From positions 1 through 47,292 of the IMG/VR virus record IMGVR_UViG_3300007643_000273: DNA of 47,292 nucleotides. The stretch is one strand, 5' to 3'. The position numbers and the translations under genes were made by a program. The notes beneath the pieces were generated by a model. That model was given only the letters and a program-made list of their open reading frames with translations. It was not told the DNA's origin and searched no databases. Every line of letters begins with the position of its first letter. Position 1 is the stretch's first letter. The stretch is from a virus (Duplodnaviria > Caudoviricetes). Below, in pieces: positions 28,912 through 35,640 of this stretch.

Positions 28912-29190
28912 CTAAACAAGTTCGCAGCTAGTTGACAGCGATGCCCAAAGATCTCGGCAAGACGCTGGAAGTTTCGCGAAGTCGCCATTAAGAAACGCTT
29001 TATGCAAGCGATTAAAACGACGCTCGGCGGTGCCCATTTTCATCGTGCCGCGTGTTCGCTTAAAACTACTCTCGCAAGTCCAGCAGATACGGCCACCGGT
29101 GCAGGTCGGATAGCTCGAGCTGGTGCTGCCGTCTTGCTCTTCTCCGCAGCACTCGCAGGTGAATTCTGAGTTCCAATTTAGCGTTGTCAT
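28912..29190 (-). CDS. Small zinc-finger protein
   Basis: CECC...C...CWTC; start MTTLNW. Confidence 0.6.
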   Translation of the reverse strand: MTTLNWNSEFTCECCGEEQDGSTSSSYPTCTGGRICWTCESSFKRTRGTMKMGTAERRFNRLHKAFLNGDFAKLPASCRDLWASLSTSCELV

Positions 29191-29314
29191 CGTCGCGTCC
29201 CGTTTGAGTTGCTTGCCGTAAAATCGATACACAAACAGTATCAAGGGAGGCAACGGCTACAAGACAAATGACGCGGGAAAACGCGGGAAAACGCGGCTTC
29301 GATGACTTTGGAAA

Positions 29315-29369
29315 GGCTAACTCAAAGGGCGGCTTAGAGTTCGCCGCCAGAAGTTTTTTTTGGGTTTCT
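29315..29369. repeat. 55-bp direct repeat, copy 2 (overlaps the 3' end of the ABC-GNAT gene)
   Basis: GGCTAACTCAAAGGGCGGCTTAGAGTTCGCCGCCAGAAGTTTTTTTTGGGTTTCT. Confidence 0.9.
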
Positions 29370-30449
29370 TAGGCGGGCCGAAACAACCGCACGGCCGGCA
29401 GATGATTTGTATCGATTTGAATCGGAATCGCCCATGCTTCCGCGAAACTCGCTCTTAGCTCCGCCCGTTCGCATGACGTTTGTTACTCGCCAGTTTTCCG
29501 ACGCCTTGAGGTGCGAAATCATGCCAGGGTGCGCGGTGGTGATCGTGACTTTCAGGCCGCGTTGTTGAACCAATCGCGATGCATGCAACAGCAATGCAGA
29601 GCCGATGCCGACGCCTTGAAAGTCTGGCAGTACGACGATGCGCGTGACGCGGCGAGATCCTGTATTTCCGATTGACGGCAGAAACGCGCACAGCCCAACC
29701 GGTTGATCGTCAACCATCGCCAAGTATGTTCGAGCGGCCGGCGCAAGGCTCGCGCTCAAATAATGATGCTTCGCAAACAGGGGCCACGCCTCACGACTCC
29801 CCCGACAAAACCAGAGCTTGATATCGGGCCGCCGAAGTCGCCCCCTTGCCAGCTTCATGCTGGCAGTATCGAGAACCCAATCGGGCTCCAACCAATCGAC
29901 GATATCGTAATGACAAGCGACCGCAATAAACTTCTGTTTCTCGGTTCGGCGCACCGCTTTGGCTACGGCCGCCGATCCGATTTGAGCAACGCGGCGATCG
30001 ACGACGGAGGTGAACTCATCGAAGGCAACCAGGTCGCCGCCAGAGAGTAAAGCCCGCGCGAGATCGCAACGAAATTTCTGCCCGTTCGAAAGCACTTGAT
30101 ACGGTTTGATCCAGGCCGGCGGAGAAGAAAAGCCGACGCTGGTTAGCATGCCGCTAATCTCTTTGATCGATCGCGACTCATCGAAGCAATCGACAACCGA
30201 GCAATCGTGCCGCCACTCATCGGCACCATAGAGACATTCGCCGTAAGCCTGGCGAGCGATCGTGGTTTTTCCGCTGCCACTTGGGCCGACGATAACGCCG
30301 ATGCGCCAATCGTCCTCGATATCCGGTAGCTCGGCTGAAAAAGATTCTTCGGACTCTTCGCCGACCGGCACATCGAACATGCCGCCGACTTGCTCAACGC
30401 GGAAAGAATTATAAACCGGGCACTTTACTAGAGCGTTAACAGTCGGCAC
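29334..30449 (-). CDS. ABC-type ATPase fused to Mom-like GNAT acetyltransferase
   Basis: GPSGSGKTT, LSNGQ, FDEFTS and CH ABC motifs; HHYL and RIVVLPDFQGVGIG GNAT motifs; no TM segments or permease nearby. Confidence 0.85.
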   Translation of the reverse strand: MPTVNALVKCPVYNSFRVEQVGGMFDVPVGEESEESFSAELPDIEDDWRIGVIVGPSGSGKTTIARQAYGECLYGADEWRHDCSVVDCFDESRSIKEISGMLTSVGFSSPPAWIKPYQVLSNGQKFRCDLARALLSGGDLVAFDEFTSVVDRRVAQIGSAAVAKAVRRTEKQKFIAVACHYDIVDWLEPDWVLDTASMKLARGRLRRPDIKLWFCRGSREAWPLFAKHHYLSASLAPAARTYLAMVDDQPVGLCAFLPSIGNTGSRRVTRIVVLPDFQGVGIGSALLLHASRLVQQRGLKVTITTAHPGMISHLKASENWRVTNVMRTGGAKSEFRGSMGDSDSNRYKSSAGRAVVSARLRNPKKTSGGEL

Positions 30450-31000
30450 TTGTGGCCCTCTTCGGTTAGTTTTTCGAATAGCTCTTTTTGAGCGGCCTCA
30501 TCGTCGCATTCGGCAACGACTTGCCAAGATTCGGGGACGGCTTTTTCCTCCGGCTCATCCTCATCCTCGGCGTCATCGGCACCGAAGTCGATGAGCGAAA
30601 CACTCTCCGCCAAATCGGTCAGCATCGTGCTCAACGACTCATCGGGAAATTGCACGTTGCGGAGTAGCGAATCGAGCCGCTCGCCGTCGATCGTGGCCAG
30701 CTCGCCGATCGGATCATAAACGGCGAGTAAGTGATCCGCCTCATCGGCATCCAGATCGGTGACAAGAACGGGCACCTCTTCGCCGCCGGCCACATCGGCT
30801 CGCAAATGCCCGTCAATGATGACCAGGCCGCCGCTTTCATCCTCGCGACAAACAATCGCACCAGCAAAGCCGATTTGATCCAGCACGGCCGACAATGCGG
30901 CCCGTTGTTGCTCGCCATGCTTGCGCCAATTGAGCGGGTGGTTTGCGAGTTCGACCGCTGAAACCCGGCGAAAGTCGATGATCCTGTCTGCGAATCCCAT
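30428..31000 (-). CDS. ParB/Srx-like N-terminal domain protein
   Basis: L..HP.NWRKH...GF.GAIV...IIDGHLR motif; acidic C-terminal domain; overlaps the ABC-GNAT start. Confidence 0.85.
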   Translation of the reverse strand: MGFADRIIDFRRVSAVELANHPLNWRKHGEQQRAALSAVLDQIGFAGAIVCREDESGGLVIIDGHLRADVAGGEEVPVLVTDLDADEADHLLAVYDPIGELATIDGERLDSLLRNVQFPDESLSTMLTDLAESVSLIDFGADDAEDEDEPEEKAVPESWQVVAECDDEAAQKELFEKLTEEGHKCRLLTL

Positions 31001-31065
31001 AGTTTTTCCAAAGATGATGAAGAAGCAAAAAAAACACCCAAAAGCGCCCGAAAAGCGCCATTCTA

Positions 31066-31115
31066 TTGATCGCGCGCCGTATCTGAGTCTCGGGAGAGGA
31101 CCCCCCAGGGGGGTC
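31066..31115 (-). other. Putative cos packaging site (cosQ-like and cosN-like)
   Basis: Minus strand GGGTCCT (31103..31097, identical to lambda cosQ), then 19 nt ending TACG, then GCGCGCGATC; lambda has TACG|GGGCGGCGACCT. Confidence 0.55.
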
Positions 31116-31138
31116 TTTTTCGTGCATTTTCAGCGTGA

Positions 31139-31753
31139 TTAGTCGAGCATTTTGAGCACCTCGATAACCAGGTTATCAAGATCGTTCTTGCTTAGGTATT
31201 TGATGCCGTCACGCTCACATTTGCGTTTTAGAGCTGGGTCATCGTTGCCACTGTACATTGCGACGTTTCGGTTGCCGTTGTTAGTAACGAATTGAAACAC
31301 TTGGCTCCAATTGGCATCCGGTAGGTTTGCATCGGCGAGCACGGCATCGCTATCGTTCCAGAGATCTTTGTCGCATTCCTCGAGCCGCGTTATTCGAAAG
31401 ATCTTGGCATTTCGCTGCGTCAGGCCGTCGGCGAGTAGCTCCTTTAGTATGCGGGCGTCGTCATCGTTGTCCTCGAAAAGCAACAGTTGCTTTCGAATTC
31501 CCTTTTGGGTGCGATGCAGCATGTGGCGAATCATTTCGCCTTGTAGCGGAATCTGGCCAACAACCTTTACCGCTGCATCGAGCATCCTTGCCTGCGCTCT
31601 GCTTAGTTCAACGCGAGCTGCCGCCCAGTCTCGTAGTTGCGGTAACATGACCTTAGTGAACCAGCCGATCAACGCGACTATCGCGGCGACCACCGAACCT
31701 TTCACAGCCAGCCAGATCTCATCCGTCATTGATTCCGCTAATAGTTGCATCAT
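31139..31753 (-). CDS. N-terminal TM helix fused to a response-regulator receiver domain
   Basis: VVAAIVALIGWF TM segment; LLLFEDND, VLADANLPD, MYSG and YLSK receiver motifs. Confidence 0.7.
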   Translation of the reverse strand: MMQLLAESMTDEIWLAVKGSVVAAIVALIGWFTKVMLPQLRDWAAARVELSRAQARMLDAAVKVVGQIPLQGEMIRHMLHRTQKGIRKQLLLFEDNDDDARILKELLADGLTQRNAKIFRITRLEECDKDLWNDSDAVLADANLPDANWSQVFQFVTNNGNRNVAMYSGNDDPALKRKCERDGIKYLSKNDLDNLVIEVLKMLD

Positions 31754-32190
31754 CGAAACATTCGACCTAACACTCTACGCGGCTGTTGTGGTTGGCAACC
31801 GTTGGGCCCACATTGTTGAGGGTAAGATTGCGGCACAAACGTTGGTTGCGAGTAGCTCGGTTGGTACGAACTCGGCGGGAGCGGCATCGGCACCGTTTGA
31901 ATCTTTGCGGCCGGCACTGGCGTCGGCTTCGCGGCCGCCGGCTTGCTTTCGCCGCATCGGCATCGCTCGCTTTCGCATTGCTCTCGCAGCTCGGCCAGCT
32001 CGCGCTCAATCTTTGCAACTCGAGTGAGCAGCTCCGCGGCGACCGCTTCGGCGAGTGCCACTTCGAAATCGGGGCTCACACCCGGGTTAGCTGCCGGCGG
32101 ATTCTTAACCGGGTTTGAGAATGGCGAATAGTCCATTGCTGCCGCCGGCACAGCGAATAACAAAACAAGCATTGCGATTAAGTAACGCAT
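31750..32190 (-). CDS. Secreted protein with coiled coil and Pro/Gln-rich tail
   Basis: MRYLIAMLVLLFAVPAAA signal peptide; CGPNGC motif. Confidence 0.65.
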   Translation of the reverse strand: MRYLIAMLVLLFAVPAAAMDYSPFSNPVKNPPAANPGVSPDFEVALAEAVAAELLTRVAKIERELAELREQCESERCRCGESKPAAAKPTPVPAAKIQTVPMPLPPSSYQPSYSQPTFVPQSYPQQCGPNGCQPQQPRRVLGRMFR

Positions 32191-32197
32191 GGGAGAC

Positions 32198-33139
32198 CTA
32201 CCAGAGGTTGTAGTCGAGTTGGCGAACGCGAAAGCCGTCGAACGCCGAGAACGCGAAGCACTCGGTTGAGCGGCTTCGCAGAATGTCGTCGAGCGTATCG
32301 GCGGTAATGTAGTTACCGCCCGCTGGCTCTTCGCCAGTTGGCTCGCCGTGAATCTTTGGACCCCATTGGTTGCCGACACGAAAGATCGGACCTAAATCAG
32401 CGTTGTCCCAAAACTCATCGATAAACATTTGATGAGCCATGCGACCAGTGAAGCGTGAAAGGTGCACGCGGTTCGAGCCAGTGCCCTTAATCGGTGCAAC
32501 GCCGTATTCGCCGCGGCCGCTGGCGATCGTAAGCGGATAACCCGCCTGCAAAGATTCAGCGGCGAGCCCTGCAGCCGTGATCCGCGTTGCCTTTTTGCAT
32601 GGGTGTTCTTTCGCGAGCGGGTGTAAATTCTCCGCAATGCTCCGCCCGTCCGACCATTTCAGCTCAACGCCTCGGTCGAGCCATCGCCAGCCGCTCTTGT
32701 TGCCATATTCGGCACCGCTCACAGCACTCAACGGCAGTGCACCGTATTCGGTTGCCGCCTTCATTTGCGCGCCGCCGAAACTTCCAGAGCCGCGACCGCG
32801 CATGCCGCCAAGCATGCGACCGATGCCATAGGTGTAAGGCCACCAGATCGGTTTGATCTCCTCGAGTTCGCCCTGGTGGATCTCTACTCGCATCAACGTA
32901 GCGAGCATGCTGCCCCAGGCAGCGCCGACGCAAGAGCCCGTTGATTGCCAAACATATTCGACCGCGTTTTTCAGCTCGCGACCGCAGGCCCACAGAGCGA
33001 AGCGATCGCCTTTGCGAATCGGTGCAGGGCTTCCAATTAGCTTGAACTCTTCAAGCGAATCGACGTACTTCTCATGCAACGCGTGCTGCTCTGGCGTGCG
33101 TTCCTCGGGTGCGATCCAGCCGCATAGATCTTTGCTCAT
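32198..33139 (-). CDS. Papain-like (C1-type) cysteine peptidase
   Basis: Q..GSCVG catalytic Cys motif; AHQM His; GNQWG Asn motif. Confidence 0.7.
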   Translation of the reverse strand: MSKDLCGWIAPEERTPEQHALHEKYVDSLEEFKLIGSPAPIRKGDRFALWACGRELKNAVEYVWQSTGSCVGAAWGSMLATLMRVEIHQGELEEIKPIWWPYTYGIGRMLGGMRGRGSGSFGGAQMKAATEYGALPLSAVSGAEYGNKSGWRWLDRGVELKWSDGRSIAENLHPLAKEHPCKKATRITAAGLAAESLQAGYPLTIASGRGEYGVAPIKGTGSNRVHLSRFTGRMAHQMFIDEFWDNADLGPIFRVGNQWGPKIHGEPTGEEPAGGNYITADTLDDILRSRSTECFAFSAFDGFRVRQLDYNLW

Positions 33140-33157
33140 GGTTATTTGATCTCTAAA

Positions 33158-33865
33158 TTAGAATTTCGAAATCGCCGCGCGAACGGCCGCATCCTTTGCT
33201 TCCAAAAGCTTGCGAAGCGCGACGCTGGTTTCTTGGTTATTGGTTTGTTCCGCCAAAGAATGAGCGAGATCGTGGAAAGGTTTCGAGATCTCTTGCAATC
33301 GCTCTGGCAAATGTTCGTAGCTGAAAAACTGCAAAATGTGTGCGATGTTTGGACTAGGCCGGTTCGTCACGCGAGCCAGCGAAACAATATCAGCCACCCC
33401 ATCGCCGTTTTTTCCAATGTGGCGAATCAACTGTGGACGCATCCCAAGTGCGGCCGACGCCTCGAGATCGCCAAAGCTCTCATTGGCAGTTACCATCATC
33501 ACTTCGCTCGGGTGAACATCGAGCACGCGACACATCACCCGGTAGGCGTCAGGGTTCGGCTTGTAAACGCGATCCAATTCGAGCGGGATAATCGCATCCC
33601 AAATAATGCCGTTGTGCTTGCTCATCTTGGCCAGCAAACCAAGCGGGCCGTTGCTACAGGTCACAACGGTGTATTCGCTTCGCAGTAACTCAATGCCCAA
33701 CCTGGCATCGGGGTGAGCTGGCAGAGTCTCCCACGATCGAGGAAGCCGCAGCGGCTCCCATACTGGCTTTCGAATTTGAGCGATGTAGTTGCGCACGTCG
33801 TCGCGATCGACCTCATCGAGATCGAACACCGTGCCGAACACATCGAAGGCGATAACTTTTATCAA
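33158..33865 (-). CDS. HAD hydrolase (haloacid dehalogenase type II-like) fused to a small helical phage domain
   Basis: FDVFGT, CSNG, YKP and DLEA motifs; C-terminal FFSYEHLP...ALRKLLEAKDAAVRA; TTG start with GGAGG SD. Confidence 0.75.
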   Translation of the reverse strand: MIKVIAFDVFGTVFDLDEVDRDDVRNYIAQIRKPVWEPLRLPRSWETLPAHPDARLGIELLRSEYTVVTCSNGPLGLLAKMSKHNGIIWDAIIPLELDRVYKPNPDAYRVMCRVLDVHPSEVMMVTANESFGDLEASAALGMRPQLIRHIGKNGDGVADIVSLARVTNRPSPNIAHILQFFSYEHLPERLQEISKPFHDLAHSLAEQTNNQETSVALRKLLEAKDAAVRAAISKF

Positions 33866-34662
33866 CGAACTGCCTCCAAGCCCTCGGCCGTTTCGTTCCA
33901 GGCGTCGATATGACCTGGCTTGTCGTTGGGCGATAGCTTCAGTGCGGCCAGCTCCGCCGCGAACACCTGCGCCCATTCATCCCACAACGCACGCCCTGCA
34001 TCATCGAGAACGGTCTGCAATCGCTCTTTGGTGAGCTGCACCATTTCAAGCGGTGTTTGTTGCGTGGCGGCCGCCGAGCTGCTCACGCCGCGATACACTT
34101 CGGCCATTGCTTTCGCTTCGGCTTCGCGCTTCGGCGATTCCACCTTCATCGCAGCGGCGAACATTCTGCCGGCTAAACCATCCGGAGCCGGACCAGGCGG
34201 CGGGGGCGTGGGGCCTGGCGTCGGCTCCGGCGGCTTAGGTTCTGGTGGGTTCGGTTCTGGTGGGCTCGGTTCTGGTGGGTTCGGCTGGGGATCGGGTGGC
34301 CTTGGTTCACCGACTCGCAAAGTATGCTTGGCGATCGATACTTCTGGCACGCCGTCAACAACAGAGGCCGCCACCAAAACGAATTCGAAAACGCCGGCAT
34401 CACCGCTTGCGAAACCGAGTTGCTTGCCGTCGCCTACTACCAAGCAAGTCTTATCGCTGCCGACCAATTTCCATTCGAGCGTTTGGGCCGTCGACTGCCC
34501 GCCATCAAGAACCACCAGGTCGCCAAGCGGAGCAACCGCCGGCCCGGTTATTTTCGCTTGCGTCTGAATGTCAGGCAGTGGCGAAGGATCTGGCGAACGC
34601 GAGCAAGAGGCCAACAGCATCAAGCAAAGCGATGCGGCCGCCATGGTTTTCGTTTGATTCAT
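33862..34662 (-). CDS. Lipoprotein with Ig/PKD-like domain, Pro-rich linker and helical C-terminal domain
   Basis: LLASC lipobox; PEPxP repeats (15-nt DNA repeats at ~34238-34283); ATGA overlap with the upstream gene. Confidence 0.7.
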   Translation of the reverse strand: MNQTKTMAAASLCLMLLASCSRSPDPSPLPDIQTQAKITGPAVAPLGDLVVLDGGQSTAQTLEWKLVGSDKTCLVVGDGKQLGFASGDAGVFEFVLVAASVVDGVPEVSIAKHTLRVGEPRPPDPQPNPPEPSPPEPNPPEPKPPEPTPGPTPPPPGPAPDGLAGRMFAAAMKVESPKREAEAKAMAEVYRGVSSSAAATQQTPLEMVQLTKERLQTVLDDAGRALWDEWAQVFAAELAALKLSPNDKPGHIDAWNETAEGLEAVR

Positions 34663-35030
34663 CGGTCTCCATCCAAGTAAAGGCCAACGCGGCGAGCCGG
34701 CGAAAACTTTTCGCGATCGCATCGCTCAGGATCGAACTGCGTCCAACTCTCTGTGAGAAGATCGAAGCGAACGCGGCGCAGCTTATCGCCATCTAAAAAA
34801 ACGAAACTCCGCCCGTCGATCGAAGATGCCGCCGATTGCTTCGGCAGCCGGTAGCCGTGCGCGTGATACTCTGTTTCATGCCAACGCCAGAAAATAACTT
34901 GGTCGAAAACATGATTCGCATCGTCGTCGTAATAGTGATTCAACTCCGCACGATCGAAACGATCTTCGCAAAGCACGCCGCTAGGCAGCGGTTGCAACGA
35001 AAGGGCGAGAATCACAAGCAACGTTGTCAT
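34659..35030 (-). CDS. Conserved hypothetical secreted protein
   Basis: Signal peptide; ELNH.YD....VFDQVIFW...SWTQFDPE motif. Confidence 0.65.
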   Translation of the reverse strand: MTTLLVILALSLQPLPSGVLCEDRFDRAELNHYYDDDANHVFDQVIFWRWHETEYHAHGYRLPKQSAASSIDGRSFVFLDGDKLRRVRFDLLTESWTQFDPERCDREKFSPARRVGLYLDGDR

Positions 35031-35034
35031 TATC

Positions 35035-35133
35035 AAAAACCTCGGCAGAGACGATACGTTGCTCGCTCTCTTGCGAAAGCCTGACGCTCGTTCGCCTCAG
35101 TGGGGAAGGAGGGACCCCGGCGCTCCGCCGAGG
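35035..35133 (-). ncRNA. Candidate structured RNA: closing stem with three internal hairpins and a U tract
   Basis: CCTCGGCGGAG/CTCTGCCGAGG stem; GGGG-TCCCTCCTT-CCCC, CTGAGGC-GAACGA-GCGTCAG and GCTTTC-GCAA-GAGAGC hairpins; then T5. Confidence 0.4.
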
Positions 35134-35158
35134 CGTGTCGTTTCCTTCAAGAGAACAA

Positions 35159-35530
35159 CTAGAACAGCAATTTGACGGCGATCGAAAGAATCGTTTTGAT
35201 AGCCAGCAACAACGCCGGCGAAACCTCCGCCGCATTCGCCATCGCTGGGGCACAATCCCCGTCATCGCAATCGGGAGCACAGTCTGACCGATTGAGTTCG
35301 GCCATCGCATCATCAAAGCTCATCGTACCGAGGGGTTCATCGTCGCCGATAACAGGGCTTTCGTTGCGCTCTTTGAGAAACTGACCGAGCGAACCAGAGC
35401 AGCAAGAAACATGCATCAGCATTTCGGCTTTGCGGTTCACAATCGAGCGATCGGCAATTGCTTCGCCGATTTCCATCAGACAAGGCAGCGTGGCCGGCAG
35501 GGCGGGAAACTGGCAGGGACATTGAGACAT
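35159..35530 (-). CDS. Hypothetical protein with hydrophobic C-terminus, first gene of the lysis-position operon
   Basis: Ends LLLAIKTILSIAVKLLF; follows the late palindrome. Confidence 0.6.
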   Translation of the reverse strand: MSQCPCQFPALPATLPCLMEIGEAIADRSIVNRKAEMLMHVSCCSGSLGQFLKERNESPVIGDDEPLGTMSFDDAMAELNRSDCAPDCDDGDCAPAMANAAEVSPALLLAIKTILSIAVKLLF

Positions 35531-35619
35531 CGGTTGAACCTCACTACGTGAAATCGTTTAACAAACTTCAAACGTCAGTGAGTAGAATAATCCCGCCAAA
35601 AGAAATTCGGCCGCGAGCT

Positions 35620-35636
35620 TTTACAAGGTTTGTAAA
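35620..35636. promoter_or_regulatory. Palindromic late-promoter element (copy 3)
   Basis: TTTACAA GGT TTGTAAA; TATTCT -10-like box 30 nt downstream on the minus strand. Confidence 0.7.
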
Positions 35637-35640
35637 CCCG

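Noticed and set aside
29271-29296. ACGCGGGAAA tandem 10-mer (2.6 copies)
   Set aside because: Too short to support a function on its own; probably slippage next to the repeat
27569-29369. CRISPR or mini-array interpretation of the 55-bp repeats
   Set aside because: Only two copies, 1.75 kb apart; no spacer periodicity and no cas genes
29334-30449. ABC transporter
   Set aside because: No permease or binding protein; the ATPase is fused to a GNAT in a packaging context
35035-35133. Hammerhead ribozyme
   Set aside because: The CUGANGA and GAAA core is not present in the required arrangement
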